Source: a bacterium
GTDB lineage: Bacteria; SAR324; NAC60-12
Direction of reading: 5' to 3'
DNA: 18,272 nucleotides
Assembly (NCBI GenBank): GCA_965233585.1
Contig: CBDDTI010000093.1
Location: 1-18,272 of the forward strand
Shown here one piece after another: positions 9,311-18,272 of the stretch. Position numbers and translations under genes: made by a program. The notes under the pieces were generated by a model, which was given only the letters and a program-made list of their open reading frames with translations, was not told where the DNA came from and searched no databases. Every line of letters starts with the position of its first letter. Positions within the stretch are counted from its first letter, which is position 1.

Positions 9311-9962
9311 GATGACGAGAGCGACGATCAACCGAGATAACTACACAATTAGCAATATTAAAATCAGTTGCATTATTGCGATAAAAGACGCGAATCTTTT
9401 ACTCTTAAATAGCGATGATAAGGATATCAAATACTTTGGAAATTTTGTCGTCGTCAGAAGAAACAACTTTGTTTATAGCATTTTCAAAAAAAAAGAAAAA
9501 ATCGGTGGGAGAAAAAAAAATGAGGAACAGAAAGGCAGCAGCAGCAACGTCGTTTTGTATCACGTCAACATCACTAAAATTCCATCGACTGACCAAATCG
9601 CGTCTTCCATCGACTGCCTGAAAAACGTCATCCGGAGCGAGTATCACGTGGTAGCCAAGAAAATCAACAACCTAACGTGCTCCTACGATAGCAAAATATC
9701 GCCCGTTCCGCTATTGGATTTGATGAAGATAGTGAAAAAGGCAATACCGTCCGTGAAACGAGTGAAGTTTAATCCGGAAAGGTTTCCCGGCATGTTTATT
9801 TCGTTTCCCAGCAACACTTTATTAATTTTTTCTTCCGGAAAAATGATCGTTATTGGCGGGAAAAACGAGCGAGTGAATCTTCAAACCATCGAAGAAATGG
9901 TCAATTTTTTAAATGTCCAAAGACCGAAAATGTATGAAACGCCTATAAATGCAGATTTTTAA
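9309..9962 (+). CDS. Divergent TATA-binding protein (TBP)-like protein
   Basis: Second repeat KINNLTCS..VKFNPERFPGM..LLIFSSGKMIVIGGK is clearly TBP-like. First repeat is degenerate: TISNIKISC..GNFVVVR..YSIFKK..VNITK. First ATGs are at 9309 and 9312. Confidence 0.85.
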   Translation: MMTRATINRDNYTISNIKISCIIAIKDANLLLLNSDDKDIKYFGNFVVVRRNNFVYSIFKKKEKIGGRKKNEEQKGSSSNVVLYHVNITKIPSTDQIASSIDCLKNVIRSEYHVVAKKINNLTCSYDSKISPVPLLDLMKIVKKAIPSVKRVKFNPERFPGMFISFPSNTLLIFSSGKMIVIGGKNERVNLQTIEEMVNFLNVQRPKMYETPINADF

Positions 9963-9979
9963 TGCAAAAGATCGCAGTT
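9944..9979 (+). promoter_or_regulatory. TATA box plus initiator-like site for the TFIIB-like gene, overlapping the TBP 3' end
   Basis: TATAAAT at 9944-9950 and GCAGTT at 9974-9979. Confidence 0.45.
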
Positions 9980-10001
9980 AACCATCAACCTTCGAACACG
10001 C

Positions 10002-10736
10002 ATGTATTTTAAAAATTACAACCTTCACTGTGCGCATTCACAGCCGGTAAATGACGTCAGTAACAACGGATTTTATGTTTGTCCGGATTGCGGAAAAGTA
10101 TTGGAACCGGGATACATGGACTCATTAAACGCGCATCACACCTACCTGTCGGAAAAGCCGATTCTGAACCACTTTGAAGAGGACTTATTAGATCGAATAT
10201 GCGGCAAATGCCACATCGATAACGCGGAAATAATAAGCCATATAAAAAATCAATGGTTCCTCCTTAAACGCGAAAATAAAAAAACCCTGAACAACGTGGA
10301 GGCTTTAATGCTCGTCGCCGTTTTTTTGGCTCTGGTAAAAAGTGATGTGCCCAGACCTATGCAGCATTTGTGTCAACTGACCGGCATCGACCCGGCAAAA
10401 GTCTGGCCCTATTTAAACACGCAAGAATTTAATTCACGTCCGAGTTTGATGTGCGAGTATTTTCTTAAAGGACTAAACTTACCTTTCAAAGATGTTGAAT
10501 CAATAAGAAAGAGGGTGTGTTATTACGAAAGAAAAGTCGTATTTTCGCCGCAGGTACTTATTGCCGCCTGCGCTCACACCTTTTTAAGAGAAAATAAAAC
10601 GTCTTTTTCAATATCGAGCGGCGGAGGAAAAAAGTCTAAAAAATCTCGTCCGACCTACGCTGGAATGGCTAAAGAATTGGGTATCAGTTCGGTGTCGTTG
10701 GTTAGATGCGTGAGAAGAATAAACGACATAGAATAG
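10002..10736 (+). CDS. TFIIB-like protein (Zn ribbon plus two cyclin-like repeats)
   Basis: CAH...GFYVCPDCGKVL ribbon. Cyclin-fold patterns LDRICGKCHI..ALMLVAVFLAL..VPRPMQHLCQLTGI and SPQVLIAACAH..TYAGMAKELGISSVSL. Adjacent to the TBP-like gene. Confidence 0.8.
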   Translation: MYFKNYNLHCAHSQPVNDVSNNGFYVCPDCGKVLEPGYMDSLNAHHTYLSEKPILNHFEEDLLDRICGKCHIDNAEIISHIKNQWFLLKRENKKTLNNVEALMLVAVFLALVKSDVPRPMQHLCQLTGIDPAKVWPYLNTQEFNSRPSLMCEYFLKGLNLPFKDVESIRKRVCYYERKVVFSPQVLIAACAHTFLRENKTSFSISSGGGKKSKKSRPTYAGMAKELGISSVSLVRCVRRINDIE

Positions 10737-10777
10737 CTTGAAAAGGAAAGAAGAAAAAATAAAAAAAAAATATCGTA

Positions 10778-11212
10778 ATGAGATATCATCGAGGACCCGC
10801 GGTGCAACAAGGTGCGGGATTGGGTTCTATTTTTAGCGGTTTAATTAGAACTTTAGCACCGGCGGCCAAAAGTGCGGTAAAATCTATCGGACGAATTGTA
10901 AAAAGTGACGGTGTCAAATCGGCGGGACGATATTTAAAAAAGGAGGCCACCCGAGCCGCCGTTGATACGGCTTTAGAGGCGTTGGAAGGTAGACCTATCG
11001 GGAAAGCGGCCAAAAATCGATTAAAGTCCGCTACCAAAAACATATTAATAAGCGGAAGGCAGGCCGTCGCGGCTAAATCGAACAAACCACCGCGAATGGT
11101 AAAACGAAAACGAAGATACGTGAAATCGACGGCTGTTAAAAGAAGACGACTAACCAACCCGAGCCCGTTGTTTGAAGATTACGAAGATGACGACGATGAC
11201 GAGTATTACTAA
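10778..11212 (+). CDS. Basic virion core / membrane-active precursor protein of Polintons
   Basis: N-terminal QQGAGLGSIFSGLIRTLAP (QxGxG followed by an amphipathic helix), Lys/Arg/Ala-rich body, acidic tail. Confidence 0.7.
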   Translation: MRYHRGPAVQQGAGLGSIFSGLIRTLAPAAKSAVKSIGRIVKSDGVKSAGRYLKKEATRAAVDTALEALEGRPIGKAAKNRLKSATKNILISGRQAVAAKSNKPPRMVKRKRRYVKSTAVKRRRLTNPSPLFEDYEDDDDDEYY

Positions 11213-12281
11213 AGACAAATTTATCGAAGCGTACAACCGACCCGGCTCATCTCTGGCTTTCTCTTCCCCCTATCGCGCTTTTAAACATTTCAAAGGAGAA
11301 ATACCCTTGAGCAAAATAAAAAAATGGATGCACGGATTGGATAGTTACACCTTACACAAACAAGCCAAATCTGCCAGACCGAGAAATCCGACCTACGCTT
11401 ACTACAAGAGGTATCAATTTCAAATTGATCTGATCGAACTTGGCGATTCAGTGTCGAGCGCCAATGATAATCACCGGTACCTGCTAACCGCCATCGATAT
11501 ATTTACTCGATTCGCCTTTGTTGAGCCCTTAAAAAATAAAAAAGCCGCCACTTTTTTGGAGGGATTTAAACGCATCGCAAAAAAGGCCGTTACCTTACCA
11601 AGGAGGATTTTGGCCGATAGAGGTTCGGAGATTAAGAATAAATCTTTCGCGAATTATTGTCGTCAGAACAAAATTAAACTATTACATAGCGACAATTATG
11701 TACACGCGCCTTTTGTCGAAAGATTCAACAGAACTCTAAAAACGTTGATGTACCGATACATGACCTCGCGCGAAACGGAGCGATTCATCGACGCGTTACC
11801 CCGTTTGGTAGAGACTTATAATTCGCGAGAACATCGCATGATCGGAATGTCGCCCAACGAGGCCGAAAGGGAAGAAAATGCGAATTTGATAAGAGAGAGA
11901 CAAGAGGAAAATTACATGAGCAGAGCGAGAAAAACGCCCAGATTTAAGGAAGGAGCGACGGTCAGAATAAGCAAGTTAAAGGGTCAATTTGATCGGGGCT
12001 TCGACGAACAGTATCACGAGGAAATTTTCAAAATTAAAAAAGTATTTACCCGCTTGCCCATTCCGACTTATCAGCTGGAAACTTTTGACGGGGACGAAAT
12101 TATTGAGGGAAATTTTTACGGGAATGAATTGACGGAGGTAAATCCTCCCGAACTTTTTAAAATCGAAAAGATTGTACGACGGAAGAAGGATTCGAAAACC
12201 GGAGAAAAATTAGTTTTGGTGAAATGGAGAGGATATCGAAACGTCAGTTGGATACCGGAAAGTGACGTGGTCGATGTTTAA
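11187..12281 (+). CDS. Retroviral-like DDE integrase with C-terminal chromodomain
   Basis: YTLHK, FQIDL (D), LTAIDIFTRFA, ADRGSE (D), VERFNRTLK (E); chromodomain KIEKIV..LVKWRGY..SWIPESDV. ATG at 11187 or 11196 overlaps the upstream gene. Confidence 0.95.
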   Translation: MTTMTSITKDKFIEAYNRPGSSLAFSSPYRAFKHFKGEIPLSKIKKWMHGLDSYTLHKQAKSARPRNPTYAYYKRYQFQIDLIELGDSVSSANDNHRYLLTAIDIFTRFAFVEPLKNKKAATFLEGFKRIAKKAVTLPRRILADRGSEIKNKSFANYCRQNKIKLLHSDNYVHAPFVERFNRTLKTLMYRYMTSRETERFIDALPRLVETYNSREHRMIGMSPNEAEREENANLIRERQEENYMSRARKTPRFKEGATVRISKLKGQFDRGFDEQYHEEIFKIKKVFTRLPIPTYQLETFDGDEIIEGNFYGNELTEVNPPELFKIEKIVRRKKDSKTGEKLVLVKWRGYRNVSWIPESDVVDV

Positions 12282-12293
12282 AGAAGCGAAGGA

Positions 12294-13079
12294 ATGGATC
12301 GGGGAATTTTTATTCACTGTCTTTCTAACGCTAGCGTGGACGTTTATTACAACAATAAACTTTCTAATTATACTAATGTATTACCGAGAAATTTCGACTT
12401 ATCCCACGGCGGTGAAGACCGAGCTTGGGAAATTGGAGTAGTTGCTTTCGGAATAGACTTAAACATAGCGGAGGCTGAGGGTGCTTATTACGAAGTGGTC
12501 AAAATCGCCTCGAATATTATTTCCGCCGAACCGAATGAAGAAGAGCCCGTCTTGTACACGTCATATTTACCTAGCGACAAAAGAAACAAATACTATTTTA
12601 AAACCGTTAAAACAGTGCATTATTTCCCCGTGAGAAATACGAACCTTAAAACCGTTAGCATTAAGTTTCTCAAGACGGACGATACTATCCTTAAGCTCCA
12701 AGACGGTCAACCGAGCATCGTCCAATTCCATTTGCGCAAAGTAGACAGCAAAATGCCCTACAACACCATTCACCTCCAGGTTGATAATCGGTTGGACGAG
12801 GAGACTCATCCGCAAAATAGGCTCGATAATTTTTACGTCAACTTAAAAACGCCAATTTATTTAAACCGGGGCGCCAAAATTGCCTTGACAGACATTTCTT
12901 ACCCCAATAACATACAAAAGATACCGGACTCGATACATCAAGAAGAACATGAGGTTTGGGTAGTTACAAGTCACTCCTCAGCCATCGATTTTAATTTTTC
13001 AACGGACCTCGATGCAACACAATTAATCAATCAGATGAACGAACAGAGAGACGTTTACACAAAAAAAGTTTTATTTTGA
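12294..13079 (+). CDS. Minor capsid (penton-like) protein with tandem domains, probably 3'-truncated
   Basis: LSNASVDVYYNNKLSNYTNVLP..WEIGV motif, repeated as HPQNRLDNFYVNLKTPIYL..KIALTDISYP. The second unit lacks its C-terminal part and the ORF ends where coding density collapses. Confidence 0.78.
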   Translation: MDRGIFIHCLSNASVDVYYNNKLSNYTNVLPRNFDLSHGGEDRAWEIGVVAFGIDLNIAEAEGAYYEVVKIASNIISAEPNEEEPVLYTSYLPSDKRNKYYFKTVKTVHYFPVRNTNLKTVSIKFLKTDDTILKLQDGQPSIVQFHLRKVDSKMPYNTIHLQVDNRLDEETHPQNRLDNFYVNLKTPIYLNRGAKIALTDISYPNNIQKIPDSIHQEEHEVWVVTSHSSAIDFNFSTDLDATQLINQMNEQRDVYTKKVLF

Positions 13080-13463
13080 GGCGATGTGTTGCTGTATTTT
13101 CGGTCGCTAGGGGATGCCTGTTGCTCGATAATTGGATGATTTGTCTTGTTTTCATACACAATTCTCGGGCAGCTTGATTTATTGGAAGTTGTTCTAAAAA
13201 ATAACATCTTAACTTTCTGTGAAGCCTAAACATGCAATCTTCTTAAGTTAAATTATGAGATAATTCCTCACCAGGGAAGGAGCTGGTAAAGTTTTGTGTC
13301 GTGTGGCCAAGATAAAAGTCCTAATGCTACGTTATTTTGCTCTTTACACTAATCATTATATAATGAATTGTTTCTGCTTGACAAATGCAACGAGGAGTTT
13401 TGCGTTTTTCATTCACTCCGAAAGGAGTATTCACAGATTGTTATTGGGTTTGATAGAACAGGA

Positions 13464-13817
13464 GGAATATTTCTTTGTCCTCTGTCCCAAATTGAAGGAT
13501 AAGGGCATTAATGTCTAAAAAGCTTAAAGTCTTTTCATTGTTACTAAGTAAGGCCAACGACTTTAGGTCTCCACAGAGAATTTCAATTTAAACGCGAAGA
13601 GATGGACAAAACCGCTACAAGGGGTCTACCGACTTTTTGACCAATTTATATGTTCTTATAATGACAATTAATGTAAAAGTCATACATGGTTTTTCGCCAC
13701 ATCCGACGTTAACGAGGGATCTCTGTATGTGGCGTATACGTACATTAGCAGATGCCAATCCCGGAATATTCTTTGTCCTCTGCCCCCACATTGGAAGATA
13801 ACGGCATTAATGTCTAA
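13464..13817 (+). repeat. Imperfect 55-bp direct repeat (13464-13518 and 13763-13817)
   Basis: GGAATATT(T)CTTTGTCCTCTG..GATAA.GGCATTAATGTCTAA occurs twice, each followed shortly by TTTTCATTG. Confidence 0.8.
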
Positions 13818-13924
13818 TTATTTTTTTCATTGCATATGAGAACTTTTTGAATGTCACCCTTTCAAATAAGACATATTCCACTGTCGGTCCACATCCAGTG
13901 TCAAGCCTCCATATTTACAGTTTC

Positions 13925-14090
13925 GTTGCCTCGCAGGCATTCTTGGCGGGTGCGGCTAGCCAAGCAGAAGACGCTGACTCCTCCCGGGCACCTGGTCTCA
14001 CCTCTGATTTGCAGGGGTCCATGAATGTCTACCATGGTGCTCTATTGATAGTGCCACAGTGACAGTGCATCAGTTCTTTTGTATTTTACA
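13925..14090 (+). repeat. GC-rich, hairpin-rich interspersed repeat fragment (probable retroelement end)
   Basis: GC-rich island in AT-rich DNA with stems GGGTGC/GCACCT, CCTCTG/CAGGGG and palindromes GGCTAGCC, ACCATGGT. Resembles repeats I recall from bivalve genomes (unverified). Confidence 0.45.
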
Positions 14091-14549
14091 TATGACAATG
14101 TGAATTTTGTTACCTCCACCGAAGTCTGTTGTCATTTATAAAATATCTTTAGTTCACCCTAGCCATCTTAAAAAAAAAAAGAAATGCATGTTTTCCTCAA
14201 TGTGCTTAAATATGTTCAGTCTGTTAGAAATAATTGTTTTTAATTTTTTTGACTGAATTGATGTTGATTGATATCTAGAATGGATTTTACCCTTCAAATG
14301 TAAACATTTCTTCGTTTTTGTCGAAATAATGATAATGAAATTAAAGATACCACAAACTACATTTGAAGACAAAAATAGTATATTTGAATAATTTTCTTTA
14401 AAAAGTGTCAGACAATTGTCAGGGCTGGTAAAGAAAAAGTAGGGTGGGTTGATGGATCAGACCGTAACATATGTTTTGCGTTATTCAAATGATGAAAACC
14501 AGCTTGAAGCTTGCTAAAATGTCACTTGAAGGTGGCTTTAAAAAACTTC

Positions 14550-15590
14550 CCTTAAGCCAACTTTAATTGACCCTTAAGCATCTTTAACCCCCTCTGAGTC
14601 ACCTTTAAGCCGGTGTAAGATACAATTAGTGCCCCTCAATTGACTACCGACCCGGGTCAATATTTAATTAATTTTACATTGAATTATGACCGTCCTTATC
14701 TGTTGAATATCGACACCTTCATGAGTCACATTTGCACGGCTAGGTATGTACCGGTAGATGGTTAAGAATTCCACGTTGAGATATCACCAGGAACACGATT
14801 CATCGTTGAATTATGACCCGTGTCAATTTTTGACATGGGTCACAATTCAACGTGAAATGATGATCCGGGGTCACAACTCACTGTGGTATTATTCAACGTG
14901 AAATCATGAACTGGGTCACAATTCTACGTGGTATCCTGACCTGTCTAGATTGCTCGCTGATACCTCTGGCGTTTGAACTGCAAACAAATGCACATACATG
15001 AACACAGAACAAGTGAGCGTACAGTTAAAGCTAAGATCTTTGCATTAAATTCCGAACACCCATCTCATGTTGTACAGATGCCACTTCATTGTTTGACCAT
15101 TTTTATCGATTTTTGCGATTTGTAGTTTGGCTGATTAGTGGACATTAATGAAGGTGTATATCATAAGAGTATATCAAAGTAATTATTGTGCATCCGAAGG
15201 TGCATTTCTTTTTTTCATTAACATATGTAATGTATCAAAATATTTCTTCTTAATGGTAAGGAAAGCAAATGAAGTCAAAGTTCGGAAATACCGTAAGTCG
15301 CACTTATGAATAATTTTCATTTGCGTACACTTCAATCAGCGTGATCTGCCTGAGTGCCGTACCATGATCCTTAAGATAAAAAATGTACAGCTGGGGTCAT
15401 ATGTCAATGACGGGTCCAAATTTTATCCCTCGGAGGAGTCGTAAACCAATTACTCCTTCTGGGGGACACATTTTATCACGAGAAACCTGTTGAGTCTTGA
15501 AAACAGCTCGTTGAAAGACCCTCGAGGTCAACATTCAATGGCCTATATCGGCTTAAAAGGGCTTAAAGGCTCCCTTTTATTTAAGACGTG
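14550..15590. mobile_element. Degenerate non-autonomous DNA-transposon-like element with internal subrepeats
   Basis: Inverted pair TTTAAGCCGGTGTAAG (about 14604) and CCTATATCGGCTTAAA (about 15542). GGGTCACAATTCAACGTG-like units occur in both orientations at 14640-14940. Boundaries approximate. Confidence 0.4.
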
Positions 15591-15741
15591 CATGCTGGTG
15601 AAAATTAGCTTAGATCCGTAACTTTTGAATAGTAGCATTTGCCTGAAATAGTTAACGTGGATAAATTGAAACTAATGAATTTACCGCTTCTATTGAGGTC
15701 TCGTGTATATGTTATAGTTTTATTTTTGTTGTATTTCACAG

Positions 15742-16082
15742 TACGGAAGGTCAGCCTGTCGTTGGTGTTGAAAGTGTTGGTCAGCGTCTGGACTTACTCC
15801 TTGTTTTGGACGGTTACCCCACTGATAGGCTGGAGTAAATACGCCCCGGAACCGTACAACGTAACCTGCAGTATAGAATGGTACGGGGAAACACTTGCGG
15901 ACATTTCCTATGTCTGGTGCTGTTTCTTCTTTCTCCTGGTGGTCCCCCTCGCCATCATGGTTTACTCATACCATGGGATCTACAAGCATTCCTCCAACCT
16001 GCGACACACTGCCTACGGCAACCCGCTCCCGGCCAACATCCATTCAAGGTTTCTATTGGAACTGGAGACGAAAGTGACTCGG
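15742..16082 (+). CDS. Host opsin, internal exon (TM4-ECL2-TM5-ICL3)
   Basis: TTTCACAG acceptor and GTATGT donor at 16083. Encodes WTYSLFWTVTPLIGWSKYAPEPYNVTCSIEW (Glu181 and Cys187 equivalents) and VPLAIMVYSY. Confidence 0.9.
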
Positions 16083-16285
16083 GTATGTTATATCTGTTTT
16101 AATTTGTCTGTCTATGTGTTGATTTTGTTACCAGCTACTAACTTACCGCAGAAGGGGATAAGACAATCTGATAGTCCAAAATTTTGTTGTTCACGTTACG
16201 ACTTTCCAAGGTTTAAAATACTACAGTCTTGGGGAGAAGGATCATAGAAGTATGTGTTGTAGAAAAGTGTGCACTAATTTAAAAT

Positions 16286-16514
16286 TACCGTGTACTAGGA
16301 ACTAGTATCGCTGCCATTTTTCTTTCAAATGATCATTCTCTCTATGCACCTATTACCTCGGATGAATGTCCTGCTTGATTTCATTTGCATTGGACCAGTC
16401 GACCTGCCAGGAGCGCGTCAAAAGCGACAAAAATACAAAATTATTGCCCACAGTGGGGCTCGAACTAACAACCTTGAGATTTGTAGCCTGATGCTTTATC
16501 GAATGAACTCCCCG
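16286..16514 (-). mobile_element. tRNA-derived SINE
   Basis: Minus-strand tRNA-like head with B box GTTCGAGCCCC (16465-16455) and a degenerate A box, followed by a body that recurs at 16547-16651. Confidence 0.65.
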
Positions 16515-16546
16515 AGCAAATACAAACATACAAAATACAAATACAA

Positions 16547-16651
16547 AATACAAATGAAATCAAGCATGACATTCATCCGAGATAATAGGTACATAGAGAG
16601 AATGATGATTTGAAAGAAAAATGGCGGCGGAATAGTTCCACGTACACGGTA
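16547..16651 (+). repeat. Headless second copy of the SINE body, inverted relative to 16286-16391
   Basis: Reverse complement matches 16286-16391 over about 105 bp with scattered mismatches; preceded by AAATAC-type microrepeats. Confidence 0.8.
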
Positions 16652-17875
16652 GTTTAGTATATAAAAAGAGACTTTCTACTCAGATGTATGCACCATTTCG
16701 ATCGGATTTAATTAACAATATGGATCATATGCGCATTTCGAGTACTGAACCCTCATCAGTGATCCCTATCCTAATAAAGTAATTTTAAAAAAATTGAAAG
16801 TAATGACTCAAAAGTGCCTAAACTACCTGAAGCCAAAAGGGATATTGTAATAAACCCACAAAATTACAATTTCAATCGATTTATAACACGGACCATTTTG
16901 ATGCTCTCAAGTCCTACGAATCAACCGAAGTCGACCGTAGAACTTGGCTATGTGTACACTCTGAAGTAGTGCGCACTAGCTTTAACTTCACAATTTACTT
17001 CACGATAAATTACATAACATGCAAAATGCTCTCTAGTATTCCAAGGCAATATTCCTTGAATAATACGAAAGCAATACCACAGTAATAGGAGAAAAAGTTA
17101 ATTGAGTTTTGGATGCGAACCAGGAGAACATTGGATTACTGTTACAGCACGACACTTTGACGACGACCAAGATGCTGTCCATTATCCAATTTATCACATA
17201 CTGTTACCTTAGCAGGAATACGTATTCTGAATTCTGCACAATGTCATTATCTCGCAGTAATAAACTAATAACAAAGCGTGACGTCTTATATTTCCTTAGA
17301 TTAAATCATCGTTAATTCTCAGAAATTTCATGGCTTCCTAGCCATAAGTTGCAAGATTAATCCAGCGCTCGGCGAGGGATCGGATTCTACATGACCCTCG
17401 AAGGCTGCGACTTTAAGAAGGAATAGAATTATTTGTTTTCTTAATAAAATAATAAATGAAACGTACTCTAAAAGTCAGTTAATTTTTCAGAAAATAAGAG
17501 AAAATCGGTGAATTTGTTTAAGGAAATCGCATTTCGTTCGTCAAAAAATGAAGCAAACATACGTCTCTTTTTCGATAAACCCTTTTAAATTAACCCCTAA
17601 TAATTATTATAATGAGGTACTGTAGCTCTCGTACGCCTTGACAAAAATAATCATAGTTTTGTATGAATTTCAACAGAACACAATTACTCCTCTACAACAA
17701 TCGTTTTCAATCTGTTTTCGATTCGTACATTGTAATTGCTAGTTAGTTAACTGCGCAATGTTTTTATTATTATTTTACTTAATCCCTTGCATCTGATTAC
17801 TGTTGGTAATTGTCATTCTAGCATACACTCATTACTAGTGTAATTTATTGGAAATAAACATGTGTGTCTTTTCAG

Positions 17876-18262
17876 GTATGTGCATTCATGACACTGATAT
17901 TCATGATCACGTGGTCGCCTTACGCCATAATCTCCATTGCGTTTGCAGCCGGGTTTACCTTCCATAACCCTGCTGTCCTTTTACCAACAATGTTTGCGAA
18001 GTGCTCATGTGCATACAATCCGATAATTTACTATTATACTCACGACAAATTTAAAGAATCGCTCAAAAATGCCCTCAAGATGTCGAGGAACATTGTCGGC
18101 GTGTCACGAGTTGAAACAACTCGGATTGGTGGAGAAAAAGACCGGAACGGGAGAAATGCTCACTCGAGGAGGGTGGAGATTACGAAACGATTCGTGACGT
18201 CATCTGAGAATTCGCATACAACGAGGACAAATGTAATGGAAATAATGAGCATAGAATATTGA
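17876..18262 (+). CDS. Host opsin, last exon (TM6-TM7-C tail); tetraopsin (Opn5/Go-opsin)-like
   Basis: TTTTCAG acceptor, in phase 0 with the previous exon (ETKVTR|VCAFM). WSPYA, retinal-binding Lys in PTMFAKCS, and YNPIIY. Confidence 0.92.
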   Translation, partial: VCAFMTLIFMITWSPYAIISIAFAAGFTFHNPAVLLPTMFAKCSCAYNPIIYYYTHDKFKESLKNALKMSRNIVGVSRVETTRIGGEKDRNGRNAHSRRVEITKRFVTSSENSHTTRTNVMEIMSIEY

Positions 18263-18272
18263 AAAGACAAAC

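Larger units (their letters stand above)
1..13079. mobile_element. Polinton/Maverick (adintovirus-like) endogenous virus, partial; continues left of the window and is truncated on the right
   Basis: Densely packed hallmark genes: pPolB, adenain protease, major and minor capsid proteins, retroviral-type integrase with chromodomain. Coding density drops abruptly after about 13080. No TIR or packaging ATPase recognised in the window. Confidence 0.95.

Noticed and set aside
10786..11157. 123-aa minus-strand ORF and other short antisense ORFs inside the capsid and polymerase genes
   Set aside because: Antisense to well-supported genes, with no motifs of their own.
13080..13600. Polinton terminal inverted repeat or target-site duplication
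   Set aside because: No recognisable terminus motif, and the other end is outside the window so it cannot be compared.
14640..14940. CRISPR-like array
   Set aside because: Units are degenerate, irregularly spaced, in both orientations and in eukaryotic DNA.
15639..16247. 202-aa ORF as a complete gene
   Set aside because: Only 15742-16082 is opsin-like and it is bounded by splice sites; the flanks are intron read-through.
16445..16514. Functional tRNA gene
   Set aside because: Degenerate A box and stems, and attached to a repeated body, so it is a SINE head.

Overview
Positions 1 to about 13080 are the interior of an animal Polinton/Maverick (adintovirus-like) endogenous virus. It encodes a split or disrupted protein-primed DNA polymerase region (C2H2/terminal-protein-like ORF, then vOTU-like, exonuclease and HNH parts), two intron-containing low-complexity nuclear proteins on divergent TATA promoters, an adenain-type protease, two tandem major capsid paralogs, an adjacent TBP-like plus TFIIB-like gene pair, a basic core-like protein, a chromodomain DDE integrase and a tandem-domain minor capsid gene. 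The element breaks off near 13080 with no visible terminal inverted repeat. The rest is AT-rich invertebrate host DNA (bivalve-like by my impression only) carrying interspersed repeats and the last two coding exons of an opsin. The most notable features are the element-encoded TBP/TFIIB module and an adenovirus-like arrangement in which the terminal-protein ORF is separate and the vOTU catalytic Cys is lost. All family assignments come from motif recognition by eye; no searches were run.
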